A stretch of DNA of 64,000 bases from Alphaproteobacteria bacterium. GTDB lineage: Bacteria > Pseudomonadota > Alphaproteobacteria > JAAXGF01. Below the pieces are notes generated by a model that was given only the letters and a program-made list of their open reading frames with translations, was not told the DNA's origin and ran no database searches. Position 1 is the stretch's first letter. Each line of letters starts with the position of its first letter. Below, in pieces: positions 20,718-31,212 of this stretch. The position numbers and the translations under genes were made by a program. The stretch is from positions 2,144,001 through 2,208,000 of the forward strand of contig CAUVXB020000001.1 in NCBI GenBank assembly GCA_963555825.3. Direction: 5' to 3'.

Positions 20718-22504
20718 CGCTCGAGCCCCGCCTTCGCGAGCGCGTCGTACAGATGCTCGAAGTCGGCGTCGTTCTGATACTCGATGGCACCGTGCCAGAA
20801 CGGCTCCCAGGCGGCGAGCTTGCGGCCGGGGAACACCGCCATGTCGTCCTCGGCGACGCGCAGGAATTCCTCCAGCATGGCCCGCGCCTTGTCGAGCCGC
20901 CCGGCGCCGGCGTAGCTCGCGGCGAGCCAGCCGCGCACCTCGTTGACCGAGTCCTTGATCGGCCTCAAGGCCGCGATGGCCTCGTCATAGTGGCGCCCGG
21001 TGAAGTAGGCGATACCCTTGAGCCAGCCGACCCATTCGGGTTGCAGCGGGTTGATGCGCGCCGATTGGTGGAAATTCGTCAACGCTTCGTCGATACGGCC
21101 TACCGCCGTCAGGTAGAAACCGAAGAATCCCAGCGCAGAATATTCGTTGGGATTGAGCATGAGCGCTCGCTCGAAACTGTCCCGCGCGTCGTCGAAGGCG
21201 CGGTGGTATATGTGGCACATGCCGAGGACGGCGTGTGCCGTGCCATTGGTGTCGTCGAGCACGACGGCTTTCTTCGCGCTGTCATAGGCGATTACCAAGG
21301 AATCCTCGCGATTCTCCACCCAATGCGCCATCCAATCCATCCAATGGACCATCGCAAGAAATTGATGCGCCTGCGAGCTGTGCGGATCGAGCGCGACGGC
21401 GCGATTTAGATGTTCGCGCGCCTCGACGTTGCCCTCCTTCGTAAGCCAGGTGCTCGGCTCGGTCGCCCGAAGAATGTGGTCGTAGGCCTGTAGATTCGAT
21501 GCGCTCATACGTTCGGCGCGCTTCTGGCCGGCAACTTCGAGGCGTCCGCCGACGGTCGCGACGATCGTGCGAACCAACTCGTCCTGGACCGCGAAGACGT
21601 CCTCGAGGTCGCGGTCGTAGCGCTCGGCCCAGATGTGGTTGCCGCTCGCCGCCTCGACGAGCTGAGCGGTCACGCGGACCCGGTTGCCCGCCTTGCGCAC
21701 GCTGCCCTCGACGACGTACCGGACGCCAAGCTTCTGGCCGACCTCGGTCACGTCGACGGCCTTTCCCTTGAAGGCGAACGACGAATTTCGCGCGATGACG
21801 AACACCGAGTGGAAGCGCGACAGCTCGGTGATGATGTCCTCGGTGATGCCGTCCGAAAAGTACTCCTGCTCCGGGTCACCCGACATATTGGCGAACGGCA
21901 AGACCGCGATTGACGGCTTATCGGGTAGCGCGAGCGGCGCCGCCTCGCCCGCCGGCGCGACGGCGCCCATCGACCAGCGGTAGACCCGGACCGGCTTGGC
22001 GATATTCTTGAGCGTGTGCTCGCCGGAGTCCGCGAATTCCGCCGCGATCTTGCCCTCGACCTGCTGGTGCGCGATGTCGCTCAACGCGACACCGCCAGGG
22101 TCCGCGACCTCCTGGATGCGCGCCGCGAGGTTGACGCCATCGCCGTAGATGTCATCGCCCTCTATGATGATGTCGCCGAGATTGACGCCAATGCGAAATG
22201 CGATGCGCGTGCTCTCGGGCACCTCGGCATTGCGCTCGGCCATGCCGCGCTGCACGGCGATGGCGCATTCGACCGCGTCGACGACGCTCGGGAACTCGAC
22301 CAGCGCGCCGTCGCCCATCAGCTTGACGAGGCGCCCGCCGCGCGCGGCGATCGCCGGGTCGACGCATTCGGCGCGATGCGCCTTGAGGCGCTCAAGCGTG
22401 CCCGCCTCGTCGTCGCCCATCAGGCGCGAGTAGCCGACGACGTCCGCCGACAGAATGGCGGCGAGCCTGCGCTGTACAGCCTGCGACCCCACCGTGTCCC
22501 CCAT
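20714..22504 (-). CDS. Class III adenylate cyclase with TolB-like and TPR domains
   Basis: Same motifs; tandem paralog. Confidence 0.92.
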   Translation of the reverse strand: MGDTVGSQAVQRRLAAILSADVVGYSRLMGDDEAGTLERLKAHRAECVDPAIAARGGRLVKLMGDGALVEFPSVVDAVECAIAVQRGMAERNAEVPESTRIAFRIGVNLGDIIIEGDDIYGDGVNLAARIQEVADPGGVALSDIAHQQVEGKIAAEFADSGEHTLKNIAKPVRVYRWSMGAVAPAGEAAPLALPDKPSIAVLPFANMSGDPEQEYFSDGITEDIITELSRFHSVFVIARNSSFAFKGKAVDVTEVGQKLGVRYVVEGSVRKAGNRVRVTAQLVEAASGNHIWAERYDRDLEDVFAVQDELVRTIVATVGGRLEVAGQKRAERMSASNLQAYDHILRATEPSTWLTKEGNVEAREHLNRAVALDPHSSQAHQFLAMVHWMDWMAHWVENREDSLVIAYDSAKKAVVLDDTNGTAHAVLGMCHIYHRAFDDARDSFERALMLNPNEYSALGFFGFYLTAVGRIDEALTNFHQSARINPLQPEWVGWLKGIAYFTGRHYDEAIAALRPIKDSVNEVRGWLAASYAGAGRLDKARAMLEEFLRVAEDDMAVFPGRKLAAWEPFWHGAIEYQNDADFEHLYDALAKAGLER

Positions 22505-23098
22505 GTTGCGCCCGAACCCGCGAGAGTAGGGAAATCGGCGGGCCGAGTCTAACGGCTCAACCGTCGGCGGCCACCGCCTGTGCGCCGACGCGCCGAGCGC
22601 GATCGTGCTTTCGAGGTCCTGCGTGGTGGTGCGCGGGTTGATCGTGCACAGGCGCGCACCGTCCGACCGCCGAGCCGGGTCGAGGAATGGCGTAGCCGTC
22701 GTCGATCAACGCCTCGACGCGCTTGTTGACGGCGTCGGGGTCGGAGCCGTCGAGCCGATAGCTGAAGGTGACGATGCCGAGGGGTGAGGCGCTCAGTGAG
22801 CGTGCCCGCCTCGTCGTGCCCGCCCGGATTTGATCAGCCTGTCCGCCGACGGCGCGAGTAGGGTCTTGTTGGCAGCCGACGACGTCTTCAGGGCGTGGTA
22901 GCGCCGATGCTTGCGGAAGAAGGCAGTTCCCGCTCGGTCTCGGCCCGGTCCGGCGCAGCGGCGGCATCGCGAAGGTGGCGCAGCGAGCCGGCACCTTGGC
23001 GACGCCTGCGACCGGCACCGTGTCCGGTTTCGGGCGACAGGGTTGCGCCCGAACCCGCGAGAGCTGCGTAGGGAAATCGGCGGGCCGAGTCTAACGGC

Positions 23099-24505
23099 TC
23101 AACCGTCGGCGGCCACCGCCTGTGCGCCGAGACGCGCCAGCAGCGCGATCGTGCTTTCGAGGTCCTGCGTGGTGGTGCGCGGGTTGATCGTGCACAGGCG
23201 CAGCACCGTCCGACCGCCGAGCCGGGTCGAGGAGAGCATGGCGTAGCCGTCGTCGATCAACGCCTCGACGATCGCCCGATTGTTGACGGCGTCGGGGTCG
23301 GAGCCGTCGAGCCGATAGCTGAAGGTGACGATGCCGAGCTGCGCCGGCGTCACGATGTCGAAGGCGCCCGACGCACGCAGCAACGCCTCGGCCTCTTCCG
23401 CGATGTCGATGCAGCGGTCGATCGCGGCGCGGATCGCCGCCATGCCATGGACCTTGATCGTCATCCACAGCTTGAGCGCACGGAACGAACGCGTCAGCTG
23501 GAAGCCGTGGTCGCCGTAGTTGATCTCGCCGCCCACGGTGTCCTGCATGTACTCCTGCGCCAAGCCGAAGGTGCGCGGCAGCCAGTGCGCCTCGCGAACG
23601 ATGACGCAGCCGATCTCGAACGGTTGGAACAGCCATTTGTGCGGGTCGATGGCGATCGAATGGGCGCGCCCGAGACCGGCCAACGCGCGGCTGCCACGCT
23701 CGGTCAGCACGGCCGGCGCGCCGTAAGCCCCGTCGACGTGCAGCCACAGGCCCTCGCGCGTGCAGAGATCGGCGATCGCGTCGAGCGGGTCGACGGCGCC
23801 GGTGTTCGTCGTGCCCGCAGTGGCGATGACGCTGAACGGCCTGAGGCCGGCGGCGCGGTCGGCCGCGATCGCCGCCTCCAGCGCATCGAGGTCGAGCCGC
23901 AACCCATCGTCGACCTCGACGTCCCTGACCTGGTCGTCGCCGAAGCCGAGCACGCGAAGCGCCTTGCGGTTCGAGCCGTGGGCCTGCGCCGAGCGATAGA
24001 CCACGGCGCCCTCGATACGGTCGTCGAGCATGACGTGGCGCGCCGCCGCCATGGCCGTCAGATTGGCCATCGAGCCGCCGCTGGTGAACAGCCCGCCGGC
24101 GCCCTCGGGCAGGCCGCAGAACTGGCGCAGCCAGTCGACCGTCACGCGCTCGATGGTCGCCGCCGCGGGCGCCTCGAGCCAGTCGCAGGCGATGACGTTG
24201 AAGCCGGCGGCAAGCGCATCGGCCATGACGCCGACGAAGTTGCTCGGCCCCGGCACGAAGGCGAAGAATCGCGGGTGGTTGGTGTACATCACGTTGGGCG
24301 CGACGTCGCGCTCGAAGGTGTCCAGCACCATCTCTGGGTCGGCGCCGTCCTCGGGCGGCGGCCCGCCCAGCCAGTCGTCGAGCGTCTGTCGATCACCACC
24401 GCCGGTCACGCGCTTGCCGTCGAGCGCCGCCATGTGATCGACGATCACGTCGACGACCCGGTAGCCGAAGACGCGCATCGCCTCAGGCGTCAGTTCTAGC
24501 GTCAT
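23099..24505 (-). CDS. PLP-dependent aromatic amino acid/glutamate decarboxylase family protein
   Basis: HPRFFAF, TSGGSMAN, HVDGAYG, DPHKW motifs. Confidence 0.9.
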   Translation of the reverse strand: MTLELTPEAMRVFGYRVVDVIVDHMAALDGKRVTGGGDRQTLDDWLGGPPPEDGADPEMVLDTFERDVAPNVMYTNHPRFFAFVPGPSNFVGVMADALAAGFNVIACDWLEAPAAATIERVTVDWLRQFCGLPEGAGGLFTSGGSMANLTAMAAARHVMLDDRIEGAVVYRSAQAHGSNRKALRVLGFGDDQVRDVEVDDGLRLDLDALEAAIAADRAAGLRPFSVIATAGTTNTGAVDPLDAIADLCTREGLWLHVDGAYGAPAVLTERGSRALAGLGRAHSIAIDPHKWLFQPFEIGCVIVREAHWLPRTFGLAQEYMQDTVGGEINYGDHGFQLTRSFRALKLWMTIKVHGMAAIRAAIDRCIDIAEEAEALLRASGAFDIVTPAQLGIVTFSYRLDGSDPDAVNNRAIVEALIDDGYAMLSSTRLGGRTVLRLCTINPRTTTQDLESTIALLARLGAQAVAADG

Positions 24506-24675
24506 GTCACAAGTTCCATCCGGTTCGACCGTCCACTCAGCGGTCGGGCTTCACCTTATTCCGAATTTCCTAAATGGACGCTGATTTCACCGTCCGCCGA
24601 AGAATAACTCCGGATTGGCTGCCACGCCTGATATCGGACCGGTATTCGAACCTCAGCCGGCACGCGGTGCGCGGC

Positions 24676-25041
24676 CTACTTCAGATGAACCATCATTATG
24701 AAGGCGGGTTCGCCGCCCGTGTTCGCCGTCCGATGACCCTCTCCGACGGTATCTTCCAGCAACAGCAGATCTCCTGGCTCCAGATCCAGGCTTGGGCCGC
24801 TGCTCGCCTCAACGGAGATTTCGCCGGACAGCATTACCAGCAACTGTCGGCGCGGCGCCCTATGCAAGTCCCCCTTCCAGCCGATCGGAACGCGCATCAT
24901 CACATGCTTTGTCACATCCACCGGCGCGGCGACATCGACCGGTGGGGCCGGCGGCGTGTGCGCGGTGCCGCTGAAATCCGTATCGACGACCGCCAGGCGG
25001 CTTTCTCCGGAGTCGTCAGCATAAATTCGCCAGTACTTCAT
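24676..25041 (-). CDS. Cupin-domain protein
   Basis: HRAPRRQ..LSGE..PGDLLLLEDTVGEGH. Confidence 0.8.
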   Translation of the reverse strand: MKYWRIYADDSGESRLAVVDTDFSGTAHTPPAPPVDVAAPVDVTKHVMMRVPIGWKGDLHRAPRRQLLVMLSGEISVEASSGPSLDLEPGDLLLLEDTVGEGHRTANTGGEPAFIMMVHLK

Positions 25042-25167
25042 CCGACATTCCCCATGTAACATTCCTTCCGTGAGGCGCATGTCACGGGTCCCATCCGGTT
25101 GCGCCGTCTATTCGCGCTGCCGGCGTCACTGTATACTCGGCCATCGGACGAAACGAGGAGCAAGCCC

Positions 25168-26046
25168 GTGAGCACCGTCACCGTCGCCGCGACGCAAATG
25201 ACCTGCGGCTGGGACCGCGACGCCAACGTCGACAAGGCCGAGGCGCTGATCCGCGAGGCCGCCGGCAAGGGCGCCCGGATCGTGCTGCTGCAGGAGCTCT
25301 ACGAGACGCCCTATTTTCCGCAGGAGATGAAGCCCGAATATATCGAGCTGGCGCAGCCGGCCGCCGATCACCCGACGCTCGCCCGCATGAGCGCGCTGGC
25401 CGCCGAGCTCGACGTCGTGCTGCCGGTGAGCTTCTTCGAGCGCGCCAACAACGCGACCTATAATTCGCTGATGGTCATCGACGCCGACGGCGCCCAGCTC
25501 GGCTTCTACCGCAAATCGCACATCCCGCATGCGCCGCGCTACGAGGAGAAGTACTATTTCACGCCGGGCGATACCGGTTTTCGGGTTTGGCGGACGCGCC
25601 ACGCGACGATCGGCGCGGCGATCTGCTGGGACCAGTGGTTCCCGGAAGCCGCGCGTTGCATGGTGTTGCAGGGCGCCGACATCCTGTTCTACCCGACCGC
25701 GATCGGCAACGACCCGTCGGACCCCGGTGGCGCGAGTTCGGGCGCCTGGCAGCGCGTCATGCAGGGCCACGCGGCGGCCAATTCGGTCGCCGTGGTGGCA
25801 TCGAACCGCATCGGGCGCGAGACCGCGAACGGCAGCGCCATCAACTTCTATGGTTCGTCGTTCGTCGCCGATGAGACGGGCGACAAACTCGTCGAGGCGG
25901 GCCGCGACGAAGCCGGCGTGTTCGTCGCGACGCTCGACTTGGCCGGCATTCGCCGCTACCGGGACCAGTGGTCGCTCTTCCGCGACAGACGCCCCGACCT
26001 CTACGACGCCTTGCTGACCAAGGACGGCGTCACGCGACCCGGATAG
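25168..26046 (+). CDS. aguB: N-carbamoylputrescine amidase
   Basis: Nitrilase triad (QEL, RKSHIP, ICWDQWFPE), WQRVMQGHAAAN; GAGGAG RBS before GTG. Confidence 0.85.
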   Translation: MSTVTVAATQMTCGWDRDANVDKAEALIREAAGKGARIVLLQELYETPYFPQEMKPEYIELAQPAADHPTLARMSALAAELDVVLPVSFFERANNATYNSLMVIDADGAQLGFYRKSHIPHAPRYEEKYYFTPGDTGFRVWRTRHATIGAAICWDQWFPEAARCMVLQGADILFYPTAIGNDPSDPGGASSGAWQRVMQGHAAANSVAVVASNRIGRETANGSAINFYGSSFVADETGDKLVEAGRDEAGVFVATLDLAGIRRYRDQWSLFRDRRPDLYDALLTKDGVTRPG

Positions 26047-26058
26047 AGTTCTGTTTTC

Positions 26059-26149
26059 CGGTCACCTTTACGCTGTAAAGGTAACCTGCGCTCAATCGCC
26101 GCGCAGGCTTTCGCCGAACGGTCGGCGGCCCGCGGTCGCGGGCTGGTAG
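26059..26149 (+). repeat. Structured intergenic repeat, copy 3 of 4
   Basis: Directly after the aguB stop, between convergent genes. Confidence 0.9.
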
Positions 26150-26206
26150 ATTTCGACCAAGTCGGACGGGTTTGAGTTTACTCTAGGCGAGGCGCGCCGC
26201 GCTCAG

Positions 26207-26839
26207 CTACTTGGTGCCGTAGATCCGGTCGCCGGCGTCGCCGAGACCGGGCACGATATAGCCGTGGTCGTTCAGGCACTCGTCGATCGCGGCGGTGATG
26301 ATCGGCACGTCGGGGTGTGCCGCACCGAAGGTAGCGATGCCCTCGGGCGCCGACAAAAGGCAGACGAACTTGATCGTCCTGGCGCCGGCGTTCTTGATAA
26401 GCTGGACAGCGGCGACCGCCGAATTGCCGGTCGCGAGCATCGGGTCGACGACGATGACGACGCGCTCGTCGAGACCTCCGGGCACCTTGAAATAATACTG
26501 AACCGGGCGCAGCGTCTCGGGGTCGCGGTAGAGCCCGACATGGCCGACGCGCGCCGATGGCATCAGATCGAGCATGCCTTCGAGGATGCCGTTGCCGGCG
26601 CGCAGGATCGAGATCAGGCAGAGCTTCTTGCCGGCGAGCGCCGGCGCCCGCATAGCGGTGATCGGCGTTTCGATGTCCTTTTCGGTCATCGGCAGGTCAC
26701 GGGTCACCTCGTAGGCGAGCAACAGGCTGGTCTCGCGCGCCAACTGGCGGAACTCGGCGGTCGGCGTCTCCTTGCGCCGCATCAGGGTGAGTTTGTGCTG
26801 GACCAGCGGGTGATCGACGACCGTGACGTTCTGCTGCAT
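26207..26839 (-). CDS. upp: Uracil phosphoribosyltransferase
   Basis: [32 protein letters not shown]. Confidence 0.96.
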   Translation of the reverse strand: MQQNVTVVDHPLVQHKLTLMRRKETPTAEFRQLARETSLLLAYEVTRDLPMTEKDIETPITAMRAPALAGKKLCLISILRAGNGILEGMLDLMPSARVGHVGLYRDPETLRPVQYYFKVPGGLDERVVIVVDPMLATGNSAVAAVQLIKNAGARTIKFVCLLSAPEGIATFGAAHPDVPIITAAIDECLNDHGYIVPGLGDAGDRIYGTK

Positions 26840-26900
26840 GAAGTAATCCTTCCCAGAAATCGTTCGTGTTGGTTCAAAGGTCGCTATACCGGGCCGCATG

Positions 26901-28127
26901 TCACCCCGCCGCCATCTCACGGTTGCGCCGCGCGACACTGCCGGGCTCGGGCGCCGTCGGGCTGCGCGACACCGGGATCAGCGCGCGAATCAGGCTGTGG
27001 AACTCGCGGATGCGCTGCTCCTTGTCCGACAGCAGCCCGACGTCATAGGAGCGCGAAGCGAGGCCCGCCTGGACACCAGCAACCAGCGCGACGTCTTCTC
27101 GGCCGACCAAGCGGTTGATGCGGCCGCTGAGGTAGCGCGCCGCGCGCATCTCGCGCCGCGCGTCGGGCACGCCATAGGCGCGGCCGCGCAGCCGGCAGCG
27201 GCCCGGCGCGACCGGGACCATCTGGAAGAAGTCAATGGTGTCGGGGTAGACGTCGAAGGCGGCGTTGGGAAACAGGCTGTAGTAGAGCCAGGTGCGCCGC
27301 CGCTCGGCCGGCAGATGGTCGACCTCGGGCAAGAGCTTGAGGTAATGGCGCTCGCTCCAGTTGGGCGTCGGCTTGTCGAACAGCCGGCCGCCGGCGCGCG
27401 CGATGCCGTGCGGCTGCGTCTCGAAGCCGTAATTGGGGCCGAACAGCCGCTGCAGCCCCGGGTGGCCGAGCGGGATGTGGTAGCCTTCGATGTTGTTATC
27501 GACGGCGTTCTTCCAGTCGACCGGCGCCTCGCTGCCCCAGTGGCGGCCGATCGGCTCCAGGTCCTCGAAGCGGTACGCGGCGAGCTCTTCGGCATAAGGC
27601 GCCATCACCTCGGCGACGCTGGCGCCGCCTGGCTCGAAGCGGACGAAGACGAAGCCGAACCACACCTCGTGCTCGACGGGCGCCAGCCTGATCGACGCCT
27701 TGTCCAGGCCGGGAAAGCCCTTCTCGGCCGGCACCGCCTTGAGCCGGCCGTCGAGGCCGTAGGTCCAGCCGTGGTAGCGGCAGCGAATCGCCTCGCCGCA
27801 ATGGCCGGCGTCGCCGTCGACGAGGCGCGAGGCGCGGTGCCGGCAGACGTTGTAGAAGGCGCCCAGCGCGCCGTCCGCATCGCGCATCACGAAGACACTC
27901 TCGCCGGGCAGGTCGAAGCGCAGGTAGTCGCCGGGCTTCCTGAGCTCGCTGATATGGCCGACGATGTGCCAGGTGTGCATGAAAATCGCCTCGACCTCAA
28001 GCGCGAAGAACTCGGCGTTGTCGTAGGTCCAGGCCGGCAGCGTCTCGTTCGAGACGGGGAAGACGCCGGTGCGCAGTGGATCGCCGCCGCCGGCCTCGAT
28101 CCGCCGTGCCTCACCCTCGGGCATCAC
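26901..28127 (-). CDS. Rieske oxygenase alpha subunit
   Basis: CRH..CRYH; [19 protein letters not shown]. Confidence 0.9.
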   Translation of the reverse strand: MMPEGEARRIEAGGGDPLRTGVFPVSNETLPAWTYDNAEFFALEVEAIFMHTWHIVGHISELRKPGDYLRFDLPGESVFVMRDADGALGAFYNVCRHRASRLVDGDAGHCGEAIRCRYHGWTYGLDGRLKAVPAEKGFPGLDKASIRLAPVEHEVWFGFVFVRFEPGGASVAEVMAPYAEELAAYRFEDLEPIGRHWGSEAPVDWKNAVDNNIEGYHIPLGHPGLQRLFGPNYGFETQPHGIARAGGRLFDKPTPNWSERHYLKLLPEVDHLPAERRRTWLYYSLFPNAAFDVYPDTIDFFQMVPVAPGRCRLRGRAYGVPDARREMRAARYLSGRINRLVGREDVALVAGVQAGLASRSYDVGLLSDKEQRIREFHSLIRALIPVSRSPTAPEPGSVARRNREMAAG

Positions 28128-28576
28128 GCCTCGGGCACGGCGAGCGCGATGAAGTAGGCACCGTCCTTCTCGCCGATCATGTGCAGGGAATAGTGGCGCG
28201 CGCCGGTCTTGGCGAGGAACTCGGCGAGCAGGTGGCCGACGACCGGCAGGTTCGCACGGTTCATGACGCCGGCGACCAGGAACTCGGTCGGCCCCCGGTC
28301 GGCATCGAGCACGTCGAGCTTAGCGATGCGGCTGGCGAGGTCGCGTCGCACGAGGTGCTTGAGACGGGTCCGCTGACGCGGATCGACGCCGCGCCAGTAG
28401 AACAGATCCATCGCGCGCTGCATGTTGCCGCTGTCGTAGGCGTCTCGGTAGGCCTCGACCAGCGCCGCGACGCTGGTGGCGCGAACGTCGGCCCGCGCCT
28501 CACCACTCGCCAGCACCGCGATGGCGACGACGATCCAGACGAGGCGCTGGAGTTCGAAAAACGCGCGTGCCATCAT
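28124..28576 (-). CDS. Hypothetical exported protein
   Basis: Signal peptide ending ARA; stop overlaps the next start. Confidence 0.65.
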   Translation of the reverse strand: MMARAFFELQRLVWIVVAIAVLASGEARADVRATSVAALVEAYRDAYDSGNMQRAMDLFYWRGVDPRQRTRLKHLVRRDLASRIAKLDVLDADRGPTEFLVAGVMNRANLPVVGHLLAEFLAKTGARHYSLHMIGEKDGAYFIALAVPEA

Positions 28577-28675
28577 TCTCCCCTACCCGGCCATAGCCAC
28601 TGGATGTCCCGGTGGCGATCTGGAATGATACCCGCCAACAAGTGAACGCCAAAGCGCCATGAGGGAGGACGACAC

Positions 28676-28975
28676 CTGGTCGAGATCGATACCAGCCGCA
28701 AGGACCTGGTCGCGGAGTTCCGGCGCACGCCGGTCGGCCGGCACAGCGCCGATCTGCGCAATCTGCTGAACCGCATGCGGACGGCGCCGGAGCTGCCCAA
28801 CTATGTCCTGGTATGCACCGTGCCGCAGCGCGAATGGCTGCTCGCGACCAAGGCCCCGGGCCGCGGCACGCCGGCCGAGATCGTCGAGGGCCAGGTCTTC
28901 ACCGACCCGAACGAGGCCGAGTGGCAAGTCTTCAAACTGCGCTGGCAGGCGCTGACCGGCGAGTCGATCGACTGA
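28676..28975 (+). CDS. N,N-dimethylformamidase small subunit-like protein (probable CTG start)
   Basis: EFRRTPVGRHSADL..LLNRMR and EAEWQVFKLRW motifs; GGAGGA RBS before CTG; TGATG coupling to the large subunit. Confidence 0.72.
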   Translation: MVEIDTSRKDLVAEFRRTPVGRHSADLRNLLNRMRTAPELPNYVLVCTVPQREWLLATKAPGRGTPAEIVEGQVFTDPNEAEWQVFKLRWQALTGESID

Positions 28976-31197
28976 TGGCCGCCGAACTGCCGAAGAAGCG
29001 TATCATCGGGTATCCCGACCGGGTCAGCGCAGCACCCGGCGAGGAGATCCAGTTCATGGTCAGCTGCGACGGCGTCGCGCGGTACCGCGCCGACATCGTG
29101 CGCCTGGTCTCGGGCGATCTGCATCCGGGCGGCTCGGGCTTCATCGAGCGCCTCGTCGAGACGCCGGTCGGCGGCGATTATCCGGGCCGCGACCAGCCGA
29201 TCGACGCCGGTTCCTACGCGGTGATCGACGACGCCGCGCCCTTCGCCGCGCTGGAGAGCTTTACGTTGCAGGCGATGATCTGGCCGACGACGCCCGACAA
29301 GGGCCGCCAGACCATCATGGGCAACTTGTCCGAGGCCGACCAGACGGGTTTCGCGCTGATCCTCGACGAGGACGGCGCGCTGGCGCTCGACATCGGCGAC
29401 GGTGCGCGCGAGACGGTCACCACGGGCGTCCCGCTGCTGGCCCGCGAATGGACGCTGGTCGCCGCGAGCTTCGACGCCGCGACGAAGACGGTGCGCCTGA
29501 TCCACCAGACCCGGGCCAACTATCCGCGCAGCGCGCTCGCGGCGGAAGCCGAAGCGACCCTCGGCGTCGCGCGCGCCGGTGCCAGCGGCGCGCCGTTTAC
29601 GATCGCCGACGGTCTCTACAACGGCAAGATCGACGCTGCGCGCGTCAGCCGGGCCGCGCTCGACGACGCCGAGATCGAGGCATTGGTCGCACCGGGCGGG
29701 CCGCTGCCCGAGAGCGTCGTCGCGGCGTGGGATTTTGCCCGCGAGATGACCACGAACCGCATCGTCGATAGCTCGCCCAACCGCCTCGACGGCCGTCTGG
29801 TGAACCTGCCTGCGCGCGCCATGAAGGGCCACGACTGGACCGGCGCCGAGATGAGCTGGCGGCATGCCCCCGAACAGTACGGCGCCATCCACTTCCACGA
29901 CGACGACCTCTACGACTGCGGCTGGGACGCCGACTTCACGCTCACCGTGCCCGATGACATGCCGAGCGGCGTCTATGCGGCGCGGCTGGTCTCGGGCGAC
30001 GATACCGACCACATCCCCTTCGCCGTCCTGCCGCCGCGCGGCACGGCGACCGCCGACGCGCTGTTCCTGATGCCGACGGCGAGCTACATGGCTTACGCCA
30101 ACGAGCACAACGGTCCCGAGGGCGGCCGCGGCATGCAGGTTTCGATGAACCACCTGATGGGCCTGAGCGCATCGGACCTGCTGCTCGATGCGCGGCCCGA
30201 GCTCAGCCATTCGCTCTACGATAAGCACAGCGACGGCAGTGGCGTCTGCTACAGCTCGCGACTGCGCCCGATCCTCAACTTCCGTCCCGGCGTGACCAAC
30301 CCCTGGGTTGGCGCCGCGGGCACCGCCGCTTGGCAGTTCAACGCCGACACACCACTGCTGGACTGGCTCGAGGCAAAGGGTTTCGCCTTCGATGTTGCGA
30401 CCGATGAGGACCTGCACGCCGAGGGCGCCGCGCTCTTGCAGCGCTATCGCGTGGTGCTCACCGGCAGCCACCCCGAGTACTACTCGACCGCCATGTGGGA
30501 CGCGGTCAAGGCATACACCGACGGCCCCGGCCGGCTGATGTACCTCGGCGGCAACGGCTTCTACTGGCGCATCGCCTATCACGAGACGCTGCCGGGCGTC
30601 CTCGAGCTGCGCCGCTCGGAAGACGGCATCCGCGATTGGGTCGCCGAGCCGGGCGAGTACTATCACAGCTTCACCGGCGAGTACGGCGGGCTGTGGACGC
30701 GCCTCGGCCGGCCGGTCCAGACGCTCGTCGGCGTCGGCATGGCGGGTCAGGGCTTCGACGTCTCGGGCTTCTTCCGGCGCACCGAGGCGAGCCGCGATCC
30801 CCGCGCCGCCTTCGTCTTCGAGGGCGTCGACGACGACGTGATCGGCGACTTCGGCACGATCGGCGGCGGCGCCGCGGGCATCGAGGTCGACCGCTACGAC
30901 CGCAAGCTGGGTTCGCCGCCGCATACGCTGATCGTCGCCACCTCCGAGGGCCTGTCCGACACCTACTATCCGGGCCCGGAAGACATCAACAGCGCCGCGT
31001 CCAACATGGACGCGACGCAGAACTCAGACGTCCGCGCCGACATGGTGTTCTTCGAGACGGCGGGCGGCGGCGCGGTGTTCTCGACCGGCTCGATCTCGTG
31101 GATCGGCAGCCTGACCCACAACGGCCACGACAACAACGTCTCGGCGGTCACCGCCAACGTGCTGCGCCGCTTCCTCGACCCCGCGCCGTTCGAGTGA
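28975..31197 (+). CDS. N,N-dimethylformamidase large subunit family protein
   Basis: HFHDDDL, PTASYMAYAN, SLYDKHSDG, GSHPEY, LGGNGFYW, GIEVD motifs. Confidence 0.88.
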   Translation: MAAELPKKRIIGYPDRVSAAPGEEIQFMVSCDGVARYRADIVRLVSGDLHPGGSGFIERLVETPVGGDYPGRDQPIDAGSYAVIDDAAPFAALESFTLQAMIWPTTPDKGRQTIMGNLSEADQTGFALILDEDGALALDIGDGARETVTTGVPLLAREWTLVAASFDAATKTVRLIHQTRANYPRSALAAEAEATLGVARAGASGAPFTIADGLYNGKIDAARVSRAALDDAEIEALVAPGGPLPESVVAAWDFAREMTTNRIVDSSPNRLDGRLVNLPARAMKGHDWTGAEMSWRHAPEQYGAIHFHDDDLYDCGWDADFTLTVPDDMPSGVYAARLVSGDDTDHIPFAVLPPRGTATADALFLMPTASYMAYANEHNGPEGGRGMQVSMNHLMGLSASDLLLDARPELSHSLYDKHSDGSGVCYSSRLRPILNFRPGVTNPWVGAAGTAAWQFNADTPLLDWLEAKGFAFDVATDEDLHAEGAALLQRYRVVLTGSHPEYYSTAMWDAVKAYTDGPGRLMYLGGNGFYWRIAYHETLPGVLELRRSEDGIRDWVAEPGEYYHSFTGEYGGLWTRLGRPVQTLVGVGMAGQGFDVSGFFRRTEASRDPRAAFVFEGVDDDVIGDFGTIGGGAAGIEVDRYDRKLGSPPHTLIVATSEGLSDTYYPGPEDINSAASNMDATQNSDVRADMVFFETAGGGAVFSTGSISWIGSLTHNGHDNNVSAVTANVLRRFLDPAPFE

Positions 31198-31212
31198 CGA
31201 CACGGACCGCGC

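Noticed and set aside
22385-23340. Tandem duplication of the decarboxylase 3' end and the cyclase 5' region
   Set aside because: The extra copies differ mostly by short deletions and scrambled stretches, the pattern of unpolished long-read sequence; treated as an assembly artefact.
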